Positions 1-9,531 of a stretch of DNA of 64,000 nt are shown here, one piece after another. The position numbers and the translations under genes were made by a program. Position 1 is the stretch's first letter; every line of letters starts with the position of its first letter. The stretch covers positions 3,744,001 through 3,808,000 of the forward strand of contig CAXXLZ010000002.1 of assembly GCA_963675595.2 (NCBI GenBank), written 5' to 3'. Origin of the DNA: Thermodesulfobacteriota bacterium (GTDB lineage Bacteria; Desulfobacterota; Desulfarculia; JACQYL01). Under the pieces are notes generated by a model. It saw only the letters and a list, made by a program, of their open reading frames with translations. It was not told where the DNA came from and did no database searches.

Positions 1-1
1 G

Positions 2-358
2 ATGACGGACAGGGAAGCGATCTTGGGCTTGATGATGGGGGAACGGATTAAGGCCGCCCTGATCATGGGGAATAGTCTTGCACAGGGGGTTGAAGGATTG
101 GCGGAAAGAGACCGGAAAGGCGCGGAAAGCCTTTTCGTCATGTATTTGAGGATGCTGCTGAATGAAGTGACGATTGCGTCCCGGGTTTCTCCGCAAGAGG
201 AATGGGATGGAATGCTGAAGAGTATGGAGAAGGCCTTGGTCATGGCCGAATCCGGGGTCGCCTTCGAAGCCCCGCATCACTTGACGGACGCTCTGACGAA
301 AGCGACCACGGTCGCCGGCCGTACGATGAAATACTTGCAGGACAGGGAGTTGCTCTGA
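2..358 (+). CDS. Hypothetical helical protein (may be 5'-partial)
   Basis: 118-aa ORF with protein-like composition at the window edge; no family recognised. Confidence 0.65.
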   Translation: MTDREAILGLMMGERIKAALIMGNSLAQGVEGLAERDRKGAESLFVMYLRMLLNEVTIASRVSPQEEWDGMLKSMEKALVMAESGVAFEAPHHLTDALTKATTVAGRTMKYLQDRELL

Positions 359-736
359 TCAGGGGAAAAGCCGACGATGCGCGGGGTCCGACGACGGCCG
401 GGAGGCCGGGATCGATTAGGCTACGGTCTTTGAAACGGTCCTATGACACGAATCGCAGAAAAAGTAATTAGGTCCCTCGATGATCTGACCGCATTTCCTG
501 CAGGTCCGTTTCTTACTGTTTAAATTGGCTTTCATACGGTTCTCTTTCCGTATGGATTTGACCGACTTTCTTCTACTCATGGTGCCGTCTCTCTGTCGCG
601 ATTTAGGTCGCCGGGAATGAGTACTTCTGTTTCTGGCATTATATTTGAATCATCTGAAAAGTCAATAAAGTATGGACAGGAATCCTGATTCGGCCATATT
701 TTTCGAGTCCGAGCGGATTCATCGGCTGCAGAAAGG

Positions 737-2218
737 ATGTCGGTCCTGACCATGGAAGGCCTGTGGACTCAAATTCGAGCGCTGGTTCCGGATTTGGAGC
801 GTCTACGCATGTTGGTGGAGTCGGTAAACGGTTCCGCATACCTGGTGGGCGGCGCATTGAGGGATTTGTTGGACGGCAGGGAACCAACGGATTTCGACGT
901 GGCCGGCTCCGTGGCGGAGCCCGAACTGGTTCGACGATTCGCGGGTGAACTCCATGCATCGTGGTTTCGGCTGGACAATCGTCAAGCGCTCTATCGGGTG
1001 GTTCGGAAAATGCCCGGTGGAGGCGTTATCTCCTTCGATTTTACGGCGCTCAAAGGGCCGACCATCGATCGAGACTTGGCCTTGCGGGATTTTACGGTCA
1101 ATGCAATGGCTCTGAACCTTCGCCGGCCCGATCAAGGACTTATCGATCCTCTCGGCGGTGCGGAAGATATCAAACACCGAAGGCTTCGGCTTGCGGGACC
1201 CGATGCAATCCGAGACGATCCGCTACGGCTGTTGAGGGCCTACCGATTCGCCGCCCAGTTAGGACTCGATATTTCCGCCACCCTCCAGGGTGTGTTGCAC
1301 AACGTTGCAGGCTTGAAACGGGTTTCCGGGGAACGAATCCGTGACGAACTGTTTGGACTCCTGCAGGTTTCCCGGTCCTCGGCCATGATCAGACGAATGG
1401 CTCAAGACGGAGCTTTTTTCGAGGTATTTCCGCCTGCGGCCGACATGGTCGGGGTCACGCAGAATGAATATCACCACCTGGACGTGTGGCATCACTCGCT
1501 TCTCACATTGGAGTTGATCGAGGATCGGATAGTGACGTGTCGGGACGTTCCGGATGAGGCCGAATCGTCGGTGAGAGACTCTTTGAACGAAGAGCCGGTG
1601 CCGGGAAGACCTCTGAAAGCATGGCTTAAACTGGCCGCTTTGTTCCATGATTTGGGCAAACCTCGGGCCAGGTTCATAGACGAAAACGGGCGGGTGCGAT
1701 TTTTTCGCCATGAAGCCTACGGGGCGGAGATGGTTCCGGGGGTTCTCGAACGGTTGGCGCCGTCCCGAAAAGAGGTGGATTGGGTTCAGCTTGCGGTGCG
1801 AAATCATATGAGGCTGGGGCAGTTGTTCACTGCGCCCCGCGTCACCCCGAGAGCCATGTCGCGTCTAGTGCAAAGGGCCGGCAACCGGTTTCATGCCTGG
1901 TTTCTCCTTTTTCTGGCGGACTACGGTGCGACTCTGGGGCCGGCTTCCTCGGGTGGAGACTTGTCTCCGTTCGCTCCTCGCATACGTGAGCTGTTTCGGC
2001 TCAACCGAGAGAAGTCCGCGGCCGAGGAGCGACCTCGCCTGATCACCGGTCGGGATATCCTGTCCGTTTTCAACGTTCCGCCCGGGCCTGTTTATGGTAA
2101 GATATTAAAAGGAGTGGCGCTGGGGGTTCTCGAGGGGAGAATCACGACCCGGCGGGAGGCATTGGAAGAGGCCGGAGCCTTTCTCGAAAAAACTGAAAAG
2201 AGACGTGACCCGGACTGA
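737..2218 (+). CDS. tRNA nucleotidyltransferase (class II, CCA/poly(A) polymerase family) with HD domain; probably CC-adding
   Basis: YLVGGALRD..TDFDV, RDFTVNAM, DDPLRLLRAYRF, VSGERIRDEL, HHLDVWHH, LFHDLGK motifs. Confidence 0.92.
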   Translation: MSVLTMEGLWTQIRALVPDLERLRMLVESVNGSAYLVGGALRDLLDGREPTDFDVAGSVAEPELVRRFAGELHASWFRLDNRQALYRVVRKMPGGGVISFDFTALKGPTIDRDLALRDFTVNAMALNLRRPDQGLIDPLGGAEDIKHRRLRLAGPDAIRDDPLRLLRAYRFAAQLGLDISATLQGVLHNVAGLKRVSGERIRDELFGLLQVSRSSAMIRRMAQDGAFFEVFPPAADMVGVTQNEYHHLDVWHHSLLTLELIEDRIVTCRDVPDEAESSVRDSLNEEPVPGRPLKAWLKLAALFHDLGKPRARFIDENGRVRFFRHEAYGAEMVPGVLERLAPSRKEVDWVQLAVRNHMRLGQLFTAPRVTPRAMSRLVQRAGNRFHAWFLLFLADYGATLGPASSGGDLSPFAPRIRELFRLNREKSAAEERPRLITGRDILSVFNVPPGPVYGKILKGVALGVLEGRITTRREALEEAGAFLEKTEKRRDPD

Positions 2219-2225
2219 TATCGCC

Positions 2226-2840
2226 ATGGCAGACGTTATTCATATTCGCAGGGGTGTTGCTCCGGAGAGCAATCTCATCGTTCAGAAACCATTGGAAATG
2301 CGTTGGATCGACTGGGAGAGCGGTTCTCCGATCCAGGTATCGAGGAGGGAATCCGAACGTTTCGAGCGGGAGCGAGAACGGTCGCTTCGTGAAGATGGTT
2401 CGATCCCGCCCGGGATACCCAATCATTACTCACTGAAGAATGGGCCGGAAATTACGTTGTGGGCGTTGTACTGCCGGAGAAACGATCCCGACGCCATGAG
2501 AGAAGTGTACTATCTTGCCGGTCTGATGGAGTGCATGACTCACGTTCCGCATCCGGTGTTGCGTACGGTGATGGTTCGAGGGTTCTATCGAACGCTGCAG
2601 GAGCTTCAGGAACGGCTGGGAGTCTTCTGGCGAGGGCGGATCCACCACTTCTTGTTCCCCACCGCAGCCGAACACGGCACGTCCGGGGACTTCGTCCGGA
2701 GCCTCCAAAGTGCGGAGACACTGCGTGACCTGTTCGTAGCCATTCGAGAGGAAACGGAGGACCAATTCCTTGTTCTGGGCAGTGAGTACGTATTTTATCT
2801 GCCACGCATCACCCACTGCTGCGGACCGGGATGCTGCTGA
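2226..2840 (+). CDS. Hypothetical protein
   Basis: ATG at 2226, 7 bp after the upstream stop; protein-like composition; ends HCCGPGCC. Confidence 0.65.
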   Translation: MADVIHIRRGVAPESNLIVQKPLEMRWIDWESGSPIQVSRRESERFERERERSLREDGSIPPGIPNHYSLKNGPEITLWALYCRRNDPDAMREVYYLAGLMECMTHVPHPVLRTVMVRGFYRTLQELQERLGVFWRGRIHHFLFPTAAEHGTSGDFVRSLQSAETLRDLFVAIREETEDQFLVLGSEYVFYLPRITHCCGPGCC

Positions 2841-2879
2841 ACGGCCGTTCTTTTGGAGAAGTCATGGTACAAAGGCGAA

Positions 2880-2908
2880 GGGCGGGAATTTTTGAGCAAT
2901 TCCCGCCC
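2880..2908. terminator. Inverted repeat, probable terminator between convergent genes
   Basis: GGGCGGGAATT-7nt-AATTCCCGCCC perfect 11-bp stem, followed by cgtttctt. Confidence 0.65.
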
Positions 2909-3021
2909 CGTTTCTTGAATACTCTTCGGTCGAGCGACCGTGGGACGCAGCGCGGTTCCTGAAAGGCTCAAGGCCCCCGCTATGCGGGTTCCCCGAAATC
3001 GTCGCTTAGGGGCCGTACCTC

Positions 3022-4005
3022 CTAAATCAGCACTTCGATATCGGCCTGTTGGCGGAGTTTGGAAAAGAACTCCTTCTTTTTTTCCGAGCGCATTTCCTGC
3101 TCAATCTTTCGCAGAATGGATTTTTTCACCCACTCGAAGTCGAGTTTTCGAGGATCCCGCTTTTCCGTCACTTTGATCAAGTGATATCCAAACGGGGTTT
3201 CCACGATCCCGCTTACCTCGCCTTCAGCCAAGGAGAACGCGACCTTATCGAATGCAGGGTCCATGCTTCCGGGCAGAATCCAGCCCAAGTCCCCGCCCCT
3301 CTTGGCTCCGGGACCTTCGGAATATTCGTCGGCCAACTTGGCGAAATCCTCTCCGGACCGAAGTTTCTTCAAGATTTCGGCGGCCTTGTCGTGTGCTTCT
3401 TTGCGTTGAGCTTCGTCGGCATCGGCTTTGACGCGGATGAGTATGTGGCTGACCCGCACGGCCTCCTGCTGAACGAATTCCTGGGGATGCTCATTGTAAT
3501 AGGCCTGAGCTTCTTGCTCGGCCTTGGCTTCATCCACTACCAACTTCCGATCCAGAAGCTTCTGTATTCGTTTCCCTCGACGAATGATGTCTTTCAGCTC
3601 TTCCAGCGTCCGCCCACTGGTTTGGAGCGCCTGTATGAACTTGGCATCCCCACCGTAACGCTGTTTGAACTGCTTGATGGTTTCCTCCACCTCTTTGTCG
3701 GAAACGGTAATTCCGTCGGCGTCGGCTATTTCCTCCAGGAGCAGTTCGTCGATCATCGTATCCAGGATCTTTTTCTTGAGCGTTTCCTGTTCTTCCGGCA
3801 GGACTTCCTGGTCGATGCTGCGGTTGCGCTCAATGGCCAGCTTGAGATTCTTATTCAAATCGTCCATGAGGATGGGTTTCCCATTCACCTTGGCCGCTAT
3901 GGCGTCGCCGTCGGCGGGAACGGAGTCCGCGCTTCGGCTCACGGAGAAAGACGCGAGGCAGAAGACAAGGCAAAGAGAAATGGTGAAGGTTCTGCTGAGG
4001 TTCAT
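3022..4005 (-). CDS. Periplasmic parvulin-type peptidyl-prolyl isomerase (SurA/PrsA-like)
   Basis: Signal peptide; IAAKVNG SurA_N-like region; VRVSHILI, FAKLADEYSE, GGDLGW, VETPFGYHLIK; AAGGAG RBS before ATG 4005. Confidence 0.92.
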   Translation of the reverse strand: MNLSRTFTISLCLVFCLASFSVSRSADSVPADGDAIAAKVNGKPILMDDLNKNLKLAIERNRSIDQEVLPEEQETLKKKILDTMIDELLLEEIADADGITVSDKEVEETIKQFKQRYGGDAKFIQALQTSGRTLEELKDIIRRGKRIQKLLDRKLVVDEAKAEQEAQAYYNEHPQEFVQQEAVRVSHILIRVKADADEAQRKEAHDKAAEILKKLRSGEDFAKLADEYSEGPGAKRGGDLGWILPGSMDPAFDKVAFSLAEGEVSGIVETPFGYHLIKVTEKRDPRKLDFEWVKKSILRKIEQEMRSEKKKEFFSKLRQQADIEVLI

Positions 4006-4305
4006 AACCACTCCTTTTGACGCGATATTGAGCGTGGATCGGGAAAGGTATTTTGTCGTGAGTACCGAACGTGTTTCCTGGTGTCCGGCGGCACCCCGAC
4101 GGTGCGCCGCACTTTCTACGATCTCCGATCCGCCCTGAGGGGAACCCTCCGTATTCAAATCTCCATTCTTTCACGCCGGCCCGCTTTTCGGCAAGCACAG
4201 TTTTCGTTTTCTTCACACGGAACCGGAGTTTTTGGGGATTCCCATCCCGGACTCTTACCCATTCGTGCATGGAAGCCCGATCAGCCTATCGCCGGCCACA
4301 CCTGT

Positions 4306-5172
4306 TCAACGGCCCTGTCCTCCTCTGCCTTGCCCACCTCTTCCTCTGAGGGAAGAATCTGAAGCACCGAAACCGGAACGGGGACCTCCAAATCCCGCCT
4401 TCCCGCGTATTTCCGTCAGCAGATCGGAAAGAGGGCGGCCTCGCTTCAACTGACTTTCCATCGCGCCTGTAATTTCCGCCGCCGAGTAACCCAGCTTGTG
4501 GGCTCGCGCTGCAATCTCTACGAAGCTCCCGGATTCGGACCGCAAATATCCCGATTGGATCCCGGCCGTAACCAGTTTGACTCCCAGTTCCTGAGGGAAG
4601 CCCAACTCCGTCAGGTCGGCGAGGGCTTGGCTCGCATGCACCATGGTTCCGGGGGAACGACTGTCCAGAGAGGCGATCTCTTTCATGATTTCAGGGCGGA
4701 CCCCACGCTCGAGGGACAGGGCCGTGGCTTCGAGAGTCTTGCGATCTGCGGTCTTCCCGAGGATTTCAGCGGCGGAACCATAGGTGGCAAGCTTGCGATC
4801 CAGAACCGATTCGATCAGAGGAGCCGGAGCGCCTTTGGCTATTCCTTCCAACGCCTTGTCCACGAATGATTCGGAAGGAAAATTTTCCTTCTTCGCCCGA
4901 ATGATCGGATGCAGGAGACGGGCGACGTCGTCCGCGGTGAGCGCGGCGCCCGACGCCCTCGACAACAGGTTCATCACTTGTTCCGGGGGGATTCCCGCGT
5001 TCTCCGCGCTGCGCAATTCTTGATGAATCTCCTGGGCGTTGGGACCATAGGCGGATAAGGCCGTTTGTTTCACCGACGCCCAAGGGTCGGACGCCCGAGC
5101 ATAGGATCCTGCCGGAAAGAGCATCAGGAGCGCTAAGCACAAGCGGAGCAGCAGACTAAGAAAGGGCTTCAT
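4306..5172 (-). CDS. Exported helical hypothetical protein with Gly-rich tail
   Basis: Signal peptide (ARA cleavage site); helical composition; GRGGQGRGGQGR C-terminus; overlaps the anti-sigma stop. Confidence 0.8.
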   Translation of the reverse strand: MKPFLSLLLRLCLALLMLFPAGSYARASDPWASVKQTALSAYGPNAQEIHQELRSAENAGIPPEQVMNLLSRASGAALTADDVARLLHPIIRAKKENFPSESFVDKALEGIAKGAPAPLIESVLDRKLATYGSAAEILGKTADRKTLEATALSLERGVRPEIMKEIASLDSRSPGTMVHASQALADLTELGFPQELGVKLVTAGIQSGYLRSESGSFVEIAARAHKLGYSAAEITGAMESQLKRGRPLSDLLTEIRGKAGFGGPRSGFGASDSSLRGRGGQGRGGQGR

Positions 5173-5845
5173 GTGAGTTCCCCAATCTCAGGACGGCGTT
5201 CTTCCTGCCGAAACCGTCGTCTTTGTAATAGGCCGCTCGGTCGTCGGACTTCCAGTGCCCATCCACATAAAACATGTACTCGTAAACATCGGGTTTCAGC
5301 GGAACCGTTGCAGTCCAGACGCCGTTGCCGGAAACGTCCGCCAGGGGAATTTCTTCCGGTTTCCATTGGTTGAATGTCCCGGCGATGTATACGGCTGCCG
5401 CACCCGGATCCCTGTAGGTAAATTGGACGAGGTATTCTTTGGCGGGTTTCGATGCCGGAACACCCCCGAAAGGTACCCGTTGCAGGGCCGGACCCGCCAC
5501 CAGCAGCAGGACCATGGCGATGCACGCGCCGGCGAAAGCCTGAGCCAAATTCACACGGATGGTGCGGGGTCGGGTCAGGGCGATCCATAACCTGACCGGC
5601 AAGGAGCGTTGAACCTCCCTGACTCGGGTCATGACGTGGGAGGTGAATTCCTCGGGTGGTTCCAGGTCATCCAAACTTCGGAACATTTCACCCAGAGACG
5701 CCAGTGCCGGGTCTTCGTCCACGTCGTGATCCGGCGTCCGCCCTCCATGGGCGGGGACGATCCCGTCGCCGCGGTCCAACGTTTCCTCGGATCGCAACGT
5801 TGAAATAGTTCCGGAAGGGTCGCGGTTCGTTTTTTCCGAACTCAT
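5156..5845 (-). CDS. Membrane anti-sigma factor with C-terminal CBM48/AMPK-type glycogen-binding domain
   Basis: LEPPEEFTSHVM anti-sigma-like N-terminus, one TM helix, VYIAGTFNQW..GVW..YEYMFYVDGHW..DDGFGRKNAVL; 4-bp overlap with the sigma gene. Confidence 0.85.
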   Translation of the reverse strand: MSSEKTNRDPSGTISTLRSEETLDRGDGIVPAHGGRTPDHDVDEDPALASLGEMFRSLDDLEPPEEFTSHVMTRVREVQRSLPVRLWIALTRPRTIRVNLAQAFAGACIAMVLLLVAGPALQRVPFGGVPASKPAKEYLVQFTYRDPGAAAVYIAGTFNQWKPEEIPLADVSGNGVWTATVPLKPDVYEYMFYVDGHWKSDDRAAYYKDDGFGRKNAVLRLGNSHEALS

Positions 5846-6399
5846 GGCTTTCCTCCTAATTCGGCGATGGCCTCTCGGGCTTTCTCCAGGCCGCGATAAA
5901 CTCTCATCTTTGCCGCGCTGAGGCTGATCCCCAATACCTGCGTGATTTCTTCAAAACTGAGTTCCTGCAGATATCTGAGAATCACCGCTTCCCGCAAATC
6001 CAGCGGCAGACGTTGGAGGGCTTTTTCAAGGTTCGCCGTCACCTGCTTTTTCCCCACCAGTTCATCGGCGGGGGGAAACGCTGAACGTACCTGCCGTTCC
6101 AGAGTTTCGGTCTGATCCAGCAAGGTTTCTCTCTTCTTTTCAAGATGGTTTCGAGTCAAATTCAGACAGATGGTATAAAGCCAAGTGAAGAAACTCCGTT
6201 TGAGATCGAATCGGTGAAGGTTGGCGTACGCTCTAACGAAAGCTTCCTGTGACAAGTCCAGAGCGTCTTCCCGGTTCGATGTCATACGGTAGGCGAGGTT
6301 GTACAAAGGTTTCTTGTAACGATGGACGAGACTTCCGAACGCTTCCTTGTCCCCCGCCAGAACGTCCTCAACGATCAGCGCGTCGCGTGTCGGGTTCAT
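5842..6399 (-). CDS. ECF RNA polymerase sigma factor
   Basis: GDKEAFGSLV, DALDLSQEAFVRAY, FFTWLYTI, region 4 LSFEEITQVLGISLSAAKMRVYRG. Confidence 0.95.
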   Translation of the reverse strand: MNPTRDALIVEDVLAGDKEAFGSLVHRYKKPLYNLAYRMTSNREDALDLSQEAFVRAYANLHRFDLKRSFFTWLYTICLNLTRNHLEKKRETLLDQTETLERQVRSAFPPADELVGKKQVTANLEKALQRLPLDLREAVILRYLQELSFEEITQVLGISLSAAKMRVYRGLEKAREAIAELGGKP

Positions 6400-6498
6400 C
6401 CGAATGTCACCGAAAACGGGTGGCTCGGAACGGGGCCGTTGTCGGCCGTTCCGCGTCCGCCGTTCATCCTTTTGGTTTTCGGGCCTTTCATAAGGTTA

Positions 6499-8048
6499 CT
6501 AGAGTTTAGAGCCATGCGGGGCAGCCAAGTTTGTATAGAAGAGCATAGTTCTCCAAGACGGGTTGAATACCGTTGACGTAAGGCTTTGAGATGATTGACT
6601 GAACACGGATATCAGGCAGCGCGCCCCAAGTCTTCCGGAGAATCGGTGAATTCCGGTTGGAATTTTTTGGATTTCCGGTTCCACATGGCTCGCACGTTTA
6701 AGTTGCCGAAAAGACGACCGATGGCTGCGGCCATCCAGCCGGCGGTGGCGGGCCTGTTCTTTCTCCAAGGGATTGGAAACATCGTATAGGCCGCGTTGGG
6801 ACCCAGGCAGAGCGCCAAGAGCCGTGGCAAGCCGTAGGCCAGGCACAAGATCATGCTCCATCGAGCCAATGTCTGCCGTGTCTGCTGCCAAGCATTTTTC
6901 AGTCCGAACAGGTGCTTGATCTCGTTGAACATGGGCTCGGTCCACCATCGTCGTGCATAGCGTGTAATCACTTCCGCGCCGTCCATGTCGGGATCGGTAC
7001 TGATCAGAAGATGCCAATCGGACCAAGAGGGGTTGTCGGACATAAACCGGCACCACACGATCTTGCACAACCGGCCGTCCAGGAAGCGGACTTTGGCTTT
7101 GGTTTGGTAGAACTGGAAAACTCGTTCCGAGCCGTAGGCAAAGAGGGTTTTCTCCACCGGACGACAGAATCGTCCGATGTTTTCCAACGTGAGTTTTTCC
7201 CCATACTTTCTGGGTCTGCCCCGTTTCTTCCGAGGCGGATTGTCCGGAGGCAAAAACAGGGCGGTATCTTTGCGGACTTGGCCGATGACCGTCACACCAT
7301 CGCGAATCAGGGGAACCACCAGGGAGCTTTTCATATACCAGGCATCGAGCAGCAGAATAATGAGAAAGCGATCCGGCAGCCAAGTCATGAGAACGGACAT
7401 CAAGAGCCGCGCCGCGTCCAGTTTGGTGGTGTTCCCTTTTTTGCGGATGAGCCGAAACAAGAGGGGAAACGCGGCTACCCGGCCCTTGTGGCGGCAGATG
7501 ACAGCCAGAGAAACCCGAAGCTGTCCCCACAGGAATTTGGGGCGGTTGGGCCGGTGCGCGTGATCGTAATGCCAACCGGCGCAGGGAGCTTTCTTGGACG
7601 ATCTGGGCAAAGGGAAGTCGTCTATGGCGAACTCGATGGATCGGTTTGGAATCCGTTTCAGGATCAGGCGCATCCATTGCCGGGCTAGCGCAAGCCATTG
7701 GAATCGGCCCTTTTCGATGGCCTTGTAATAGGCGGTCCAGGACAACTGGGGCCGAACGGCCAGAAGCGCGGAAGAAATATGGCCGCCGCGGCAGACCATA
7801 CATCCCATCAGGAGTTCCAGAAGAGTCGGAGCTATTCTGCACGGAACGGCCTGAAATAGAAAGGAAATCCACTGCGATAGGAGCATAAGTGCTTGAGCCG
7901 TCGAATCCATTGGTTGACCCCCAAGGAAAGGTTTCTTTCCTTAAAGGGCCGCCAAAGGCGGCCGCGCATCCGCGCGGCAATGTCAAGTACTTTGTTGTCT
8001 TTATTCGCATTTTTCCTATACCAAGGGTCGCCAGACTCTAAACTCTAG
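6499..8048 (-). mobile_element. Insertion sequence, 1550 bp (IS701-like/IS4 superfamily DDE)
   Basis: Terminal IRs CTAGAGTTTAGAG (6499-6511) and CTCTAAACTCTAG (8036-8048); flanking 8-bp direct repeat TAAGGTTA (6491-6498, 8049-8056). Confidence 0.93.
6612..7910 (-). CDS. DDE transposase (IS701-like, DDE_5)
   Basis: FAIDD, LLDAWY, RGRPRKYG, YARRWWTEPMFNEIK (Y-R-E-K signature). Confidence 0.92.
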   Translation of the reverse strand: MDSTAQALMLLSQWISFLFQAVPCRIAPTLLELLMGCMVCRGGHISSALLAVRPQLSWTAYYKAIEKGRFQWLALARQWMRLILKRIPNRSIEFAIDDFPLPRSSKKAPCAGWHYDHAHRPNRPKFLWGQLRVSLAVICRHKGRVAAFPLLFRLIRKKGNTTKLDAARLLMSVLMTWLPDRFLIILLLDAWYMKSSLVVPLIRDGVTVIGQVRKDTALFLPPDNPPRKKRGRPRKYGEKLTLENIGRFCRPVEKTLFAYGSERVFQFYQTKAKVRFLDGRLCKIVWCRFMSDNPSWSDWHLLISTDPDMDGAEVITRYARRWWTEPMFNEIKHLFGLKNAWQQTRQTLARWSMILCLAYGLPRLLALCLGPNAAYTMFPIPWRKNRPATAGWMAAAIGRLFGNLNVRAMWNRKSKKFQPEFTDSPEDLGRAA

Positions 8049-8085
8049 TAAGGTTATATACAGCGGTATTCGTGGAAAGCCACAT

Positions 8086-8430
8086 TTACTCAACCAGAAC
8101 CAGAGAGTTCAGGCGACCGAAACCGTCGGGAACGTTTCTGCGTGCATTGGGATCAGGGACCCATTTTCCGCCGTCAATAACGAACATGTACTTGTACATC
8201 CCCGCGGGAAGGAGCACATCGGCTTCCCAGGTGCCCGAATCGTTCTTTTTCAGGGGGGTGATACCCACCTCCCATGAATTGAACGATCCGACCACATATA
8301 CGGATTCGGCCGAGTTGTACGGCAGCTCAAAAGTGTGCACACGAGATGCCGCGGCGCCTGCGCATGCCGCTCCGAACACGCCGCAACCGACAAACAACAG
8401 TAAGGTCGCTAAATTCCGAACCAGGCCCAA
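8086..8430 (-). CDS. Small exported CBM48 (glycogen-binding/early-set domain) protein
   Basis: Signal-like N-terminus; VYVVGSFNSW..GTW..YKYMFVIDGGKWVPDP..DGFGRLNSLV. Confidence 0.85.
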   Translation of the reverse strand: MGLVRNLATLLLFVGCGVFGAACAGAAASRVHTFELPYNSAESVYVVGSFNSWEVGITPLKKNDSGTWEADVLLPAGMYKYMFVIDGGKWVPDPNARRNVPDGFGRLNSLVLVE

Positions 8431-9389
8431 TGGAATCTAAGCCCCCCCATGACTTCGGTTCGTTCGTAGGTCTTGAAACCGATATTGGAGCTGTTCAACG
8501 ATTTGTCGAAGGAAAGGAACAGCTCGACTTTTTCCGTAATTGCATATGTGAGAAAAGTCCAGAAACGGTGCCGTTCATCGTTTCTGGTGATCAGCCGCTG
8601 TCTCGGTCCCACTCGCCAGTCGGGATAATCCCAGGAACTGAAATGGTATCCCAGCGCTATTTCGAGTTTCGGTGTTACCGTCTTCTTCAAACCCATCAGA
8701 AAGTGGTGTACGGTGTGTTCGTCGATGGCGTTGGAGGAACCGGCCCGGGTGAACCTGTAGGCGGCCTCGACCAGGGTATCGAACAAGAGCAGATAGGTGA
8801 TCCCCAACTCACCCTCGTAAGTGTGATCTATCTGGGCTTCGTCCAATCGGATGGTCCATCGTCCCAGGTCGAAATCTCGGTTTTCGTACTCCCAGATTCC
8901 ATAAGCACCGGACAGACGGATACTCAGAGCATCCGAGACGTGCCGGGTGAGGGACGGCGCCACGCGGTAGCCCCATCCTGAGTTTTCGGGGTCCCCTTGG
9001 TCGTCCAGGGATTCGATGCGCGCCGAGCAGCCCGCAAACCAGCCGGGGAGGATCACGGCGGTGATTTCGCTCCAACCACCGTGAAATGAGCTTCCCGAAG
9101 AAAGGGCGGTATAACGGGTGTAGGTGAAATCATAACCAAGGGCCAAGTTCCATCGATCGGAAATGGGTAGGAAAGCGGACAGAGCGGGATTAACCCCAAA
9201 AAAGGGAGACGCCGTTTTCCTGTGATCGTTCTTTCGGTCGACGTTGTCGTCGTTCCCTCCGAAAGTGGAAATTTCGGCGGACAGGTCCATGGAAGAGGCC
9301 TTGTCCGGGCTGATGATCAAACCCAAGAATAGTATTCCGGCTAGCAACAGAAAAGTAATATTTGGGATGGCGGCCGTCGTTCGGGGCAT
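8409..9389 (-). CDS. Putative outer-membrane beta-barrel protein
   Basis: Signal peptide; alternating amphipathic strands rich in aromatic residues; ends GGLRFHWAWFGI. Confidence 0.75.
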   Translation of the reverse strand: MPRTTAAIPNITFLLLAGILFLGLIISPDKASSMDLSAEISTFGGNDDNVDRKNDHRKTASPFFGVNPALSAFLPISDRWNLALGYDFTYTRYTALSSGSSFHGGWSEITAVILPGWFAGCSARIESLDDQGDPENSGWGYRVAPSLTRHVSDALSIRLSGAYGIWEYENRDFDLGRWTIRLDEAQIDHTYEGELGITYLLLFDTLVEAAYRFTRAGSSNAIDEHTVHHFLMGLKKTVTPKLEIALGYHFSSWDYPDWRVGPRQRLITRNDERHRFWTFLTYAITEKVELFLSFDKSLNSSNIGFKTYERTEVMGGLRFHWAWFGI

Positions 9390-9531
9390 AGCCCCATACT
9401 ATAGCCTGAAATGTGGTTCGGCGGGAGTCTTTTGTGGAGAGGAGGCATGATTCGTCCTGAAAGATTCGTCCCCTGCTCGGCCGGAGGAGCCACGAGACTG
9501 TCGCTCCTCCGGTCGGACGATCGAGGATTTC

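Noticed and set aside
6499-8010. 503-aa alternative-frame ORF spanning almost the whole IS and ending at the terminal CTAG
   Set aside because: R/S/P-rich and motif-free, overlapping the clear transposase on the same strand; most likely a shadow ORF
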